DNA from: an uncultured bacterium
GTDB taxonomy: Bacteria; Fidelibacterota; Marinisomatia; Marinisomatales; JAHJCW01
Length of the DNA stretch: 64,000 bases
Direction: 5' to 3'
Assembly: GCA_965369995.1 (NCBI GenBank)
Contig: CBDURO010000003.1
Coordinates: forward strand, 8,292 to 72,291
Under the pieces are notes generated by a model. The model made no database searches and was not told the DNA's origin. It worked only from the letters and a program-made list of their open reading frames with translations. Position numbers and translations under genes: made by a program. Positions 19,395 to 29,457 of the stretch are shown piece after piece. Every line of letters starts with the position of its first letter. Position 1 is the stretch's first letter.

Positions 19395-21881
19395 GTGGAT
19401 ATAGCAAGAGAAAATACTATTAATCGTGATATTGTAGATGAAATGAAAGAGAGTTATTTAAACTACTCTATGTCTGTTATTGTTGCGCGGGCATTGCCTG
19501 ATGTGCGAGATGGACTTAAGCCGGTTCATCGCCGGATTCTCTTTGGAATGAATGAACTTGGTTCACAATGGAACCGAGCCTATAAAAAATCAGCCAGAAT
19601 AGTTGGTGATGTATTAGGCAAATATCACCCACATGGCGATTCGTCGGTCTATGATGCGCTGGTGCGCATGGCGCAAGATTTTTCAATGCGCTATGAACTA
19701 GTTGATGGACAAGGTAATTTTGGATCGATTGACGGTGATAGCGCCGCCGCGATGCGGTACACAGAATCGCGCATGACGAGAATTGGAAGCGATATGCTGC
19801 ACGATCTTGACAAGGATACGGTTAGTTGGGCGCCGAATTTTGACGAAACATTAAAAGAGCCAACGGTTTTACCAACGGTTTTTCCAGCGCTTTTAGCAAA
19901 TGGTTCAGAAGGAATTGCAGTTGGAATGGCAACAAAAATTCCGCCACATAATGTAACTGAACTAATAAACGGTTTAATGGCCTTAATCGACAATTCTGAA
20001 TTAACAGCCGAAGAGTTAATGGATTATGTAAAAGGACCGGACTTCCCAACGGGTGCTATAATAATGGGTACTGAAGGTATAAAAAGTGCATACAACACTG
20101 GCCGAGGCAAAGTAATAGTCCGGGGCAGAGCCTTTATAGAAACAAAAAAGAATGGTCGCGAACATATAATTATTTCTGAATTACCATATCAGGTAAACAA
20201 AGCAAATTTAATCGAAAAAATTGCTGATCTTGTGCGGGATAAAAAGATTGAAGGAATCTCAGATCTGAGGGATGAATCAGATAAAGACGGGATTCGTGTA
20301 GTAATTGAAATAAAAAGAGACGCCATTCCGGATGTGATTTTAAATCAATTATATAAACATACTCAACTTCAAGACACATTCGGTATAATCATGCTGGCGC
20401 TCGTCAATAGCGTGCCCAAAGTGATGAAGCTACCGGAAATGATGAATCATTTTATTGATTTTCGACACACTGTTGTAGTTCGCCGCACAGAATTTGATTT
20501 AAAACAAGCCGAAGCAAAAGCACATCTCCTTGAAGGATTAAAAATTGCGCTCGATAATATCGACGAAGTGATAAAAATAATACGCGGAAGTAAAGACCCT
20601 ATATATGCAAAAGAAGGGTTGATGAACAGCTTTGAATTATCCGAACTACAAGCTCAAGCAATTTTAGATATGCGCTTACAAAGACTTACCAGTCTAGAAG
20701 TTGAAAAAGTAGTTGAGGAATATAGGGCAATCATTCAAACAATTGCTCAACTGAAAAATATTTTAGAAAGCCGCAGCATGCGGATGGATATCATTAAAAC
20801 CGAGCTGAGAGAATTACTAGAAAAACACGGTGATGAACGTCGCACCGAAATAATGCCATACGGAGCCGAATTTTCTATTGAAGATATGATTGCAGAAGAA
20901 GAAATGGTCATAACTATTACTCACCAGGGATACATTAAGCGAACGGCGGTCAACACATATAGAACCCAAAGGCGTGGTGGGCGAGGAGTTCAAGGAGCCA
21001 CGTCAAGAGACGAAGATTTCATAGAACATCTCTTTATAGCCAGCACGCATAATTATATGTTGTTTTTTACCGATGGAGGTAAGTGTTATTGGTTAAAAGT
21101 GTACGATATTCCGCAAGGTGGGCGAGCAACTCGTGGACGCGCCATAGTTAATTTAATCGGTTGCGAAACCGATGAGCACGTTAAGGCTTTTGTCAGTGTA
21201 AAAGAATTTGACGATGAACACTACATTGTGATGGCGACAAAAAAAGGTATTGTTAAGAAAACCGTTCTGTCGGCTTATGGAAAACCCCGTAAGGGTGGAA
21301 TATATGCGATTGAAGTACGTGAAGGAGACGAGTTAATTGAGGCACGCATTACTAATGGTGAACACGATATTTTATTAGGCACAAGTGACGGAAAATCAAT
21401 TCGTTTTTCGGAAAGCAATATTCGCCCAAGCGGACGAAAAACCATGGGCGTTATAGGAATTAAACTTAGTTCTGCTACGGATAAGTTAATCGGCATGTTA
21501 GTAGTTAAAAGAGAAGGAACAATTCTTGTTGCAACACAGCGCGGATATGGTAAAAGAACAGAAGTAATTCAGTATCGCACACAAGCGCGCGCAGGTAAAG
21601 GCGTTTTAACAATGCGCACTACGGAAAAAACCGGAAAGATGGTAGCAATTATGGAAGTTGTCGATACAGACGATCTAATCATTATAACCGACATGGGAGT
21701 TATTATGCGTCAGCCTGTATCCGCAATTCGTACAATAGGTCGTGTTACTCAAGGTGTTCGTTTAGTAAAGCTTGATGAAGGAGCCATGATTTCTTCTATT
21801 TCTCGTGTCGTTAGAGATGAAGAAACAGTAGAAGAGGAAGAGAAAAAAGACCAACAACTTACCATCGGTCAAATTGAATAG
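19395..21881 (+). CDS. gyrA: DNA gyrase subunit A
   Basis: Active-site AAMRYTESR, GyrA box [11 protein letters not shown]-terminal beta-pinwheel repeats; GTG start. Confidence 0.97.
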   Translation: MDIARENTINRDIVDEMKESYLNYSMSVIVARALPDVRDGLKPVHRRILFGMNELGSQWNRAYKKSARIVGDVLGKYHPHGDSSVYDALVRMAQDFSMRYELVDGQGNFGSIDGDSAAAMRYTESRMTRIGSDMLHDLDKDTVSWAPNFDETLKEPTVLPTVFPALLANGSEGIAVGMATKIPPHNVTELINGLMALIDNSELTAEELMDYVKGPDFPTGAIIMGTEGIKSAYNTGRGKVIVRGRAFIETKKNGREHIIISELPYQVNKANLIEKIADLVRDKKIEGISDLRDESDKDGIRVVIEIKRDAIPDVILNQLYKHTQLQDTFGIIMLALVNSVPKVMKLPEMMNHFIDFRHTVVVRRTEFDLKQAEAKAHLLEGLKIALDNIDEVIKIIRGSKDPIYAKEGLMNSFELSELQAQAILDMRLQRLTSLEVEKVVEEYRAIIQTIAQLKNILESRSMRMDIIKTELRELLEKHGDERRTEIMPYGAEFSIEDMIAEEEMVITITHQGYIKRTAVNTYRTQRRGGRGVQGATSRDEDFIEHLFIASTHNYMLFFTDGGKCYWLKVYDIPQGGRATRGRAIVNLIGCETDEHVKAFVSVKEFDDEHYIVMATKKGIVKKTVLSAYGKPRKGGIYAIEVREGDELIEARITNGEHDILLGTSDGKSIRFSESNIRPSGRKTMGVIGIKLSSATDKLIGMLVVKREGTILVATQRGYGKRTEVIQYRTQARAGKGVLTMRTTEKTGKMVAIMEVVDTDDLIIITDMGVIMRQPVSAIRTIGRVTQGVRLVKLDEGAMISSISRVVRDEETVEEEEKKDQQLTIGQIE

Positions 21882-22580
21882 GTGAAAATTAAGGAAAACG
21901 TTGAGAGTGTAAAGGAGCGCATTGCTATCGCTCAACTACGGAGCGATAATAAAACACCCATTACAATTGTTGCTGTTACAAAAACACATCCGGCATCAAT
22001 AATTCTTGAAGCCCGGCAAGCGGGGTTAGATACTATCGGAGAAAACCGCGTTCAAGAGGCAGAAGATAAATTCTCGAAAATCGCTGAAATCCTTCCTAAT
22101 ATCACAAAACGCTTAGTTGGACATTTACAATCCAATAAAATAAACAAAGCACTTAATCTTTTTGATACGATAGATTCTGTTGATTCATTAAAACTCGCAA
22201 GTAAAATAGGCAAAAAGGCAGTTTCTTTAAACCGCACTATACCAATTTTGTTGGAGGTTAATACAAGCGGAGAAAGTGCAAAGTTTGGATTTATTCCTGA
22301 TAATATAGATGAAATGCTTGCCTGCTTTGAAATACCGGGAATAGAAATACAGGGACTTATGACTATTGGACCACTTACTTCAGATATCAAAAGAATAAGA
22401 AGAGCTTTTATTACTTTGCGAGAATTACGTAATTCTATAAAAAATCAGCTCATAAAAAATGTTGATAAATTTACTGAGCTATCAATGGGGATGAGTGGTG
22501 ATTTTGAAATAGCCGTAGAAGAGGGCGCTACAATGGTACGATTAGGTACAGTATTGTTTGGGCAAAGGATGGCGAAATGA
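21882..22580 (+). CDS. yggS: YggS-family pyridoxal-phosphate homeostasis protein
   Basis: PLP-lysine context IVAVTKTHP, HLQSNK, LSMGMSGDFEIA; GTG start abuts the gyrA stop. Confidence 0.9.
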   Translation: MKIKENVESVKERIAIAQLRSDNKTPITIVAVTKTHPASIILEARQAGLDTIGENRVQEAEDKFSKIAEILPNITKRLVGHLQSNKINKALNLFDTIDSVDSLKLASKIGKKAVSLNRTIPILLEVNTSGESAKFGFIPDNIDEMLACFEIPGIEIQGLMTIGPLTSDIKRIRRAFITLRELRNSIKNQLIKNVDKFTELSMGMSGDFEIAVEEGATMVRLGTVLFGQRMAK

Positions 22581-23110
22581 TGAATTATAAACAAAGGCCA
22601 ATTTATTTGTGTGCTTTTACAAAAGAATGGAAAAAAAAAGTTAAACCTGCCGGATCAATAGCGAGTCATAACTACGGAAAAATAAATAATCAAATTATTC
22701 TATGGCCGAAAAAGATTGATTCAGCAACAATTAACCCGGAAAATTTTAGTGAACTAAAAAAGCATTACAATATAAAAGAATTATTATTTATTGATCGAAT
22801 AATTGGAATAAATAAATCGGTATCCATAATAAATCATGTGAATAGATCTGGACAAAACTTTCTTCGAAGCAAAACACCGTTTAATAAACTTCCTCAATTT
22901 CCGGACATGTCTAAAATGTATCAGAAAATAAGCGGATTAGATATGGTTGTTGTTCATACGATAGGAAAAAAAAGATTTCAAAGTCCACCAAACGAAAAAG
23001 TTATTTGGAGTGAATTGATTGGATTAATTGCTCCGGTAGCGCATTATGTTGGAATAAGGGTCTTCGCAATAGGCGGAGTTAACTTGAAAGATATTTTAAA
23101 AGAATTGTAA
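22577..23110 (+). CDS. truncated, degenerate purine-nucleoside-phosphorylase-like protein (PNP_UDP_1-like)
   Basis: IINHVNRSGQNFLRSKTPFNKLPQFPDMSKMYQK aligns by eye to PunA ITDHINFMGTNPLIGPN..FGARFPDMSSAYDK; only 177 aa; ATGA overlap with yggS. Confidence 0.5.
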   Translation: MMNYKQRPIYLCAFTKEWKKKVKPAGSIASHNYGKINNQIILWPKKIDSATINPENFSELKKHYNIKELLFIDRIIGINKSVSIINHVNRSGQNFLRSKTPFNKLPQFPDMSKMYQKISGLDMVVVHTIGKKRFQSPPNEKVIWSELIGLIAPVAHYVGIRVFAIGGVNLKDILKEL

Positions 23111-23174
23111 TAGCCACAATAAGCACAAAAGACACAAAACAAAACCAAATTAAACTTATTTTAAGGAAAACGTC

Positions 23175-25286
23175 ATGAAAAAAGTAACCACTTTATTCTT
23201 GTTTTTATTGCTATGCTCCTGTGCAACAACTTCGAATAATATTTTAAAATATCCTGCAACTCAAAAAGGGTCAGTAGTTGATAATTATTTTGGTATGGAA
23301 GTTGCCGATCCATACCGGTGGCTCGAAGATGATTTATCGGTAGAGACCACCCTGTGGGTTGAGGCTCAGAATAAGGTTACTTTTAACTATTTAGATCAAA
23401 TTCCATTCCGGGACGAAATTAAACAACGACTTGAAGAACTGTGGGATTATGAAAAAGTTAGTTCACCCAAAAAACATGGTGATTACTATTATTTTTATAA
23501 AAATGATGGACTTCAAAACCAATATGTTTTATACCGTACAGAAAATTTAGACACAGAAAAGGCCGATGTGTTTATTGATCCAAATAAATTTTCTGATGAT
23601 GGTACTATTTCAATGGCTGGATCTGGTTTTACAAAAGATGGTTCATTAATGGCATATTTAATCTCAGAAAGTGGCTCAGATTGGCGCAAAATTATTATAA
23701 AAAACACAGTAACAGGCAATATTATTGGAGACACATTAGTTGATGTAAAATTTAGTGGAGTATCCTGGCGAGGGAATGAGGGTTTTTATTATAGTAGCTA
23801 TGATAAGCCCAAAGAAGGTAGTCAGTTATCAGGAAAAACTCAATTTCATAAATTGTATTTTCATAAATTGGATACAAGCCAAAAAGAAGACGTTCTGATC
23901 TTTGGTGGTGAAAAACAACCTAGAAGATATATCGGAGCATACCTTACTGAGGATGAAAAGTATCTGATTATTTCCGCTTCTGAAAGTACAAGTGGCAATG
24001 AACTCTATCTTCAGGATTTAACCCAAGCCGGAAGTCAAATTGTTCCTATAATAACCGGTTTTGATAATGAGCACTATGTTGTTGATAATGAAAGCACCCG
24101 GCTGATTATCCATACAAATTTATATGCATCGAACAACCGCGTTGTAGAAGTTGACGCAATAAATCCAGGTCAGGAAAATTGGAAAGATTTAATTCCTGAG
24201 ACAGAAAATGTTATGTCAATTTCAGCAGCCGGAAATAATTTATTTGCGTCATATATGGTTGATGTAAAATCAAAAGTATTACAATTTGATTATAGTGGTA
24301 AACTTGTAAGAGAAATTGAATTACCAGCCATAGGAACAGCCCGGGGATTTGGAGCAGAAAAAGGAGACAATAAACTTTATTATTCTTTTACAGCCTTTAC
24401 TTATCCAGGAACGATTTTTAAATACACAATTGAAAGCGGCGAATCAGAACTTTACTGGAAGCCGGCTATTGATTTTAATCCTGAAGACTTTGAAACAGAG
24501 CAAGTTTTTTATAAAAGTAAAGATGGAACAGAAATCCCAATGTTCATTGTTTATAAAAAAGGTTTAGAGAAAAACGGCAAAAACCCGACCTATCTGTATG
24601 CATATGGTGGATTCAACATAAGCTTAACTCCCCGATTTCGTTTATTAACTCTTATAGGACTTGAAAATGGTGGAATATATGCCCAACCAAATTTACGAGG
24701 AGGCGGAGAATATGGTGAAAAATGGCATGAAGCAGGTATAAAAATGCTAAAACAAAATGTATTTGATGATTTTATTTCTGCTGCTGAGTATTTGAAAGAC
24801 AATAAATATACCTCAAGGGATTATTTGGCAATTGCAGGAGGGTCAAATGGTGGTTTATTGGTTGGAGCAGTTATGACTCAACGCCCCGATTTGGCACGAG
24901 TTGCTTTTCCTGCAGTGGGCGTGCTAGATATGTTAAGATATCATAAATTTACATCTGGGGCAGGATGGACTTCAGACTTTGGCAATGCAGAGGAATCGAA
25001 AGAAATGTTTGAATACCTTAAAGGATATTCCCCGCTACATAATATTAATGAGGCTGAATATCCTGCGACATTGATAACAACAGCCGATCATGACGATAGG
25101 GTAGTTCCGGCGCATTCATTTAAATTTGCCGCGACCATGCAGGCAATGCAAAAAGGTAACAACCCAATATTAATTAGAATTGAAACAAAAGCAGGGCACG
25201 GTGCCGGAAAACCAACATCTAAGATTATTGAAGAGTATGCCGATAGACTGTCATTTATGTTTTATAATATGGGAATGGATTATTAA
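23175..25286 (+). CDS. prolyl oligopeptidase (S9A) lipoprotein
   Basis: Lipobox LLLCSC; YRWLED N-terminal motif; beta-propeller region; Ser nucleophile GGSNGGLL; DHDDRV; GHG. Confidence 0.93.
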   Translation: MKKVTTLFLFLLLCSCATTSNNILKYPATQKGSVVDNYFGMEVADPYRWLEDDLSVETTLWVEAQNKVTFNYLDQIPFRDEIKQRLEELWDYEKVSSPKKHGDYYYFYKNDGLQNQYVLYRTENLDTEKADVFIDPNKFSDDGTISMAGSGFTKDGSLMAYLISESGSDWRKIIIKNTVTGNIIGDTLVDVKFSGVSWRGNEGFYYSSYDKPKEGSQLSGKTQFHKLYFHKLDTSQKEDVLIFGGEKQPRRYIGAYLTEDEKYLIISASESTSGNELYLQDLTQAGSQIVPIITGFDNEHYVVDNESTRLIIHTNLYASNNRVVEVDAINPGQENWKDLIPETENVMSISAAGNNLFASYMVDVKSKVLQFDYSGKLVREIELPAIGTARGFGAEKGDNKLYYSFTAFTYPGTIFKYTIESGESELYWKPAIDFNPEDFETEQVFYKSKDGTEIPMFIVYKKGLEKNGKNPTYLYAYGGFNISLTPRFRLLTLIGLENGGIYAQPNLRGGGEYGEKWHEAGIKMLKQNVFDDFISAAEYLKDNKYTSRDYLAIAGGSNGGLLVGAVMTQRPDLARVAFPAVGVLDMLRYHKFTSGAGWTSDFGNAEESKEMFEYLKGYSPLHNINEAEYPATLITTADHDDRVVPAHSFKFAATMQAMQKGNNPILIRIETKAGHGAGKPTSKIIEEYADRLSFMFYNMGMDY

Positions 25287-25325
25287 AACACGATAGAAAG
25301 GGGGAGAAAAATTCCGCCCCTGTAA

Positions 25326-26258
25326 TCAAAAATCTATTTTAGAAAGTTCGTTGGCAATCTGAGCACCAACCTTTACATTATTTAGCGCAAGAGCAATATT
25401 TGTTTTAAGGCTTTCGCCGGCGCTTAACGCAACAATTTTTTTAAGTAAAAATGGTGTAACCTTTTTACCGGTTATTTCTTTCTCGGCACATTCCTGAAGA
25501 GCTGTATCAATATATTTATCAATAAGTGTCTTGGGAATCTCATCTAATTTTGGCACAGGATTTGCAACTAAGATTGCTGATTGTAGGTCTATTTTTCGAT
25601 GATTGATAAATAATCGCGCCACCAATTCCGGTGTATTGCAACTCGTTGGGAGAAAAATTCCGGAGGAACGTGAATAGAATGCAGGGAATTCGTTCGTTTG
25701 ATATCCAACCACCGGCACAGCACTGGTTTCAAGATACTCTAAAGTTTTTGGAATATCTAAAATTGCCTTGACGCCTGCCGAGACCACGATTACAGGAGTG
25801 CGGGACAATTCAATTAAATCTTGTGAAATATCGAATGTAGTTTCGGTATTTCGATGTACGCCACCAATTCCACCGGTTGCAAAAATGTCGATACCTGCTA
25901 AATGTGCTAAACGTATGGTCGCTGAAACGGTTGTCGCGCCGGTTAGTTTTTGGGTGATCGCAAAAGCAATATCTCGCACAGCGATTTTTTCGATACCGTT
26001 ATTGCTGGACAGTATTTCTAACTGTTTATCATTAAGCCCGACATGAATTTCACCGTCTAATATCGCAATTGTTGCGGGTGTCACACCACTTTCGCGTACT
26101 ACATCTTCCGCTGTTCTAGCAAACTCAAAGTTATCCGGATACGGCATTCCATGTGCGATGATTGTTGATTCTAAAGCAAGAACGGGTCGGTTATCTTGCA
26201 ATGCAGACCTTACCTCCGGATGAAAAGAAAAGGAATCTGTTAATTTTGATTTTTTCAT
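25326..26258 (-). CDS. psuG: pseudouridine-5'-phosphate glycosidase
   Basis: PVLALESTIIAHGMPYPDN and the family-length match; start taken at MKKSKL (26258), not the ORF-track 26336. Confidence 0.9.
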   Translation of the reverse strand: MKKSKLTDSFSFHPEVRSALQDNRPVLALESTIIAHGMPYPDNFEFARTAEDVVRESGVTPATIAILDGEIHVGLNDKQLEILSSNNGIEKIAVRDIAFAITQKLTGATTVSATIRLAHLAGIDIFATGGIGGVHRNTETTFDISQDLIELSRTPVIVVSAGVKAILDIPKTLEYLETSAVPVVGYQTNEFPAFYSRSSGIFLPTSCNTPELVARLFINHRKIDLQSAILVANPVPKLDEIPKTLIDKYIDTALQECAEKEITGKKVTPFLLKKIVALSAGESLKTNIALALNNVKVGAQIANELSKIDF

Positions 26259-26382
26259 TATGTATTTAACAATCGCTGACAGCCCTTTAAGGGCTATTAG
26301 CGATAAGAAATTAAAATACAGATGAACTAAATACAAGGATTGGTAAATTTCCCGCCATTATATTAAAAATGAGAACAAATAA

Positions 26383-26676
26383 ATGTATTATATTGAAAAC
26401 AAAGAATTATCATTAATTGATCCCCAAAAATTTGGTTTATCACTGCGCACAGTGCTTGGACAATATTTTAACAACCACATGGTTTTAATTAAAAACCGTA
26501 AAAGCAGAATTATTATGAAAGACGGAAGACAAATTTTTAAACAGATTCAGCAAATACAAGACCACAACCCAAATTTAAAAACCAGTTTTGCTACAAACGC
26601 ACCCGCTTGTAGCAAAACAACTACTTTTTTAAAAGAAAAAGGAATAGAAATTTTATCTTTTAAAAAGCATAGTTAG
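26383..26676 (+). CDS. hypothetical small protein
   Basis: 97-aa ORF whose TAG stop directly abuts the MATE ATG; no motif recognised. Confidence 0.35.
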   Translation: MYYIENKELSLIDPQKFGLSLRTVLGQYFNNHMVLIKNRKSRIIMKDGRQIFKQIQQIQDHNPNLKTSFATNAPACSKTTTFLKEKGIEILSFKKHS

Positions 26677-28107
26677 ATGCGATCAACAAAAGAAATAATA
26701 TTTAATCGACACAAGGGAATCTCACGACGGGTTATTGGACTTGGCTTGCCGGTTATAATAAGTAATCTTAGTCGATCGTTGATGAGCTTGGCAGACATGG
26801 CAATGGTTGGCAGGCTTGGTGCATCGGCGCTTGCAGCGACCGGGATGGGTTCTATGTTAATGTGGATAATTCTTAGTTTTGGTATCGCCTTGCGAACCGC
26901 TACGCAGACTGTTTCATCTAGGAGATTGGGCCAAAAAAACTATCCGGAATGTGGAACGGCTCTGCACAACGGACATATTTTAGGTACGGTATTGGGAATA
27001 CCAATAGCATTATTAGGTTACCGTTTTGCTGATAAAATAATACCACTGTTTTTAGACGATCCCGAAGTCATTAAGTTGTGCATAGAATATTCCTCAATTG
27101 TATTTCTTGGCACCATTTTTACTATTGTTGGATTTGTGTTTCAGGGGTTTTTTACTGGTATTGAGCGAACCAAAATCCACATGAAAGTAACGGTTGTTGC
27201 CAATATAGTGAATGTATATCTTAACGCTGGGCTGATTTATGGACGCGAAGGCATTTTGGAAATGCTTAGTTCAGTTAAAGGTTTAGATCTTTCCTGGATA
27301 GGATATTTATGGTCGTGGTTTCCGTTTCCGGAGATGGGGGTTAAGGGCGCCGGATTAGCTACACTTTTGGCGTCGCTCTGGATGGCAATTCATTATTTTA
27401 TGTATTTGTTTGCGTCATCGATCCGTAAAAAATATGGTGTGTTTTCATTCCGCTTAAATAAAGCAATGATGAAGCGGCAGTTAATGTTGGCGCTTCCGCA
27501 GGGCTCACAAGAAATGCTGGTGGTTTTGGGTTTCGTTGTATTCTATAAAATTGTCGGCATGATTGGCATCGTAGAATTGGCTGCTACGGAAGTTGTTTTC
27601 ACTATTCTTTACACGTCTTTCTTGCCCGCCGCCGGAATAGGACAAGCCTGCGCAACGCTTGTGGGAAAATATCTTGGCGAGAAAGATACTGACAAGGCAG
27701 AAACCAGTATTGTTGAAAGTATTCGCTGGTCATTGATAATCATGGGTTCCATTGGTGTAATCTTTGTCGCCTTTCCACACTATATTTTGCTGGTATTTTC
27801 GAACGATCCTGAAGTGATCAGAATTGGCACAATAGCGCTAAGATTGGCAGGCTTTATTCAAATTGCCGATGCAATCGGAATGACGCTGTGGTTTGCCCTT
27901 TCCGGTGCAGGAAACACTTTTTTTCCGGCCCTGACAGAGGCACTGGTTGTATGGATGGTCTTTTTACCGTTCAGTTTTTTTACCGGAATTTATCTTGGCT
28001 GGGGATATATCGGTCCATGGATAGGCGTAGGAATTCACCAAACGCTATTTGCTGTAATTTTATCATGGAAAACGCTTAAGGGTGATTGGAAAGAAATAGA
28101 GGTGTAG
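26677..28107 (+). CDS. MATE-family efflux transporter
   Basis: 476 aa with about 12 TM segments; N-terminal GLPVIISNLSRSLMSLADMAMVGRLG typical of MATE. Confidence 0.88.
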   Translation: MRSTKEIIFNRHKGISRRVIGLGLPVIISNLSRSLMSLADMAMVGRLGASALAATGMGSMLMWIILSFGIALRTATQTVSSRRLGQKNYPECGTALHNGHILGTVLGIPIALLGYRFADKIIPLFLDDPEVIKLCIEYSSIVFLGTIFTIVGFVFQGFFTGIERTKIHMKVTVVANIVNVYLNAGLIYGREGILEMLSSVKGLDLSWIGYLWSWFPFPEMGVKGAGLATLLASLWMAIHYFMYLFASSIRKKYGVFSFRLNKAMMKRQLMLALPQGSQEMLVVLGFVVFYKIVGMIGIVELAATEVVFTILYTSFLPAAGIGQACATLVGKYLGEKDTDKAETSIVESIRWSLIIMGSIGVIFVAFPHYILLVFSNDPEVIRIGTIALRLAGFIQIADAIGMTLWFALSGAGNTFFPALTEALVVWMVFLPFSFFTGIYLGWGYIGPWIGVGIHQTLFAVILSWKTLKGDWKEIEV

Positions 28108-28186
28108 GGATTGACAATTTAATATTTAAGATTGAAGAATAATTATGGTACTTCAGTCACCGTACTTCATTGAAGATGACAAAATA

Positions 28187-28214
28187 GTAAAGACGTAAAA
28201 TCTTACGTCTCTAC
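28187..28214. repeat. REP-like hairpin GTAAAGACGTAA-AATC-TTACGTCTCTAC
   Basis: 12-nt arms (11 of 12 complementary) with a 4-nt loop; shares the ...CGTCTCTAC arm with the hairpin at 61790-61841. Confidence 0.6.
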
Positions 28215-28224
28215 TTAAAAACGT

Positions 28225-28281
28225 GTCTTTCTGATTCGCCACTGGGCGGAGCAGATGGACGTTGTTCATCCTCAGAAAGAC
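28225..28281. repeat. long-loop inverted repeat GTCTTTCTGA ... TCAGAAAGAC
   Basis: 10-bp perfect arms (28225-28234 / 28272-28281) enclosing an inner CGCC-ACTG-GGCG hairpin. Confidence 0.55.
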
Positions 28282-28313
28282 AAATTCAATTGTTTTTAGT
28301 TACTTAGAACTCA

Positions 28314-28345
28314 AACCTTCGAGGTTTTGGAAACCACGAAGGTTT
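28314..28345. repeat. 15-bp-stem hairpin AAACCTTCGAGGTTT-TGG-AAACCACGAAGGTTT
   Basis: One mismatch in 15 bp; lies 30 nt downstream of the DUF1028 gene stop (minus strand), so it may be a U-tract-less terminator. Confidence 0.6.
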
Positions 28346-28374
28346 TAATAATACTTTCCTAATTTACCAATATC

Positions 28375-29367
28375 CTAATCCCCGATTCCCTGTTCCTGTA
28401 TTTTTTTGACTAATTCCTCATCATCCGGTAATAATCCTGCCGGAATTAGGCGTGGTATTAAATCCCGCAGGTCAGGCGCTTTTTCAAAAACTTCCTTGAA
28501 AATAGGCAACGCCTCATTTACCCTATCTACGCTTGCTAAACTAACTGCCGTCCAGAATGGCAATTCGGGATTTTCTGGATAATATTCAGCAGCTAAATCA
28601 TATTCATTAAGTGCTTTATCAATTTCTCCGGTTTCTATATATAAATCACCTTGGTTGGCGTGTTGATAAGCCCTACTTACTCGAATTAATCTATTCATTT
28701 CTTTAATTGGTTCGGGATGATCTTCAATTCGTAAATCAAACAATTTATCTTTCCAGTCAATTCCTGTTGGTTCTCCTGTCACCACAACTAAAGCAGCAGA
28801 TTGTTTTCCACGAATATCTCCGCCCTCTTTTTGGGCCGCTTCTAAGGCTACCATTAATCTGTCAACCAATTCACCGCGTGTAATCTCATAAGCTCTTACC
28901 ATTGCTGTCGGCACAGTTGCCGATGCCATTAGATTCGCTTGCACGGTATAATTTTTTCCAACAATATGTCCGGCAAACTGAATACAATTCTCGCCCGTAA
29001 AAGCTGATGCGTTGCCTTTTGCATCAACCATGCCCACTTGCCGCACAGCACTATTTTCATCCTCTTCCACAAGAATCTTTAATGCATCTTCGGCGGAAAA
29101 TCCTTTCCCCATTAATTTTAATCCATTTGGTCCATATTCAACTTTTACAAAGGATTGCGTTGCAACAGCGCCTACACCTGCTTTTATCCATGGCACTAAA
29201 GAACCAACAGAAAACCAATGGCTCTGTACTGCTACGCCAAGTTGTCCTGTTTCCTCATCGAAAGCAACTATCGAATATGTAGAAACGGGGATTGACTGAT
29301 ATTCTTGAGATATTATAAAATTTTGGAGTAACAATATTAAAATAACAGCGCTTGTAAACTTTTTCAT
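28375..29367 (-). CDS. DUF1028 (Ntn-hydrolase-like) protein with C-terminal TPR-like region
   Basis: Signal peptide; STYSIVAFDEETGQLGVAVQSHWFSVGS..VPW..AGVGAVATQS matches the DUF1028 N-terminus; helical repeat tail. Confidence 0.75.
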   Translation of the reverse strand: MKKFTSAVILILLLQNFIISQEYQSIPVSTYSIVAFDEETGQLGVAVQSHWFSVGSLVPWIKAGVGAVATQSFVKVEYGPNGLKLMGKGFSAEDALKILVEEDENSAVRQVGMVDAKGNASAFTGENCIQFAGHIVGKNYTVQANLMASATVPTAMVRAYEITRGELVDRLMVALEAAQKEGGDIRGKQSAALVVVTGEPTGIDWKDKLFDLRIEDHPEPIKEMNRLIRVSRAYQHANQGDLYIETGEIDKALNEYDLAAEYYPENPELPFWTAVSLASVDRVNEALPIFKEVFEKAPDLRDLIPRLIPAGLLPDDEELVKKIQEQGIGD

Positions 29368-29457
29368 ACCTTCCTCTCTTGATTGAATTCTTCCTATTTT
29401 AATATATATCTTACTAAGTTCTTCATTAATTTAATTGAAAATACAAGGACTCAACCA

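Noticed and set aside
25287-25325. Possible bidirectional terminator between prolyl oligopeptidase and psuG
   Set aside because: Only a 5-bp AGGGG/CCCCT stem with a 13-nt loop can be drawn, which is too weak to call.
26259-26336. Upstream extension of the psuG ORF (MYLVHLYFNF...)
   Set aside because: The conserved PsuG N-terminus begins near MKKSKL, and the extension has no family counterpart.
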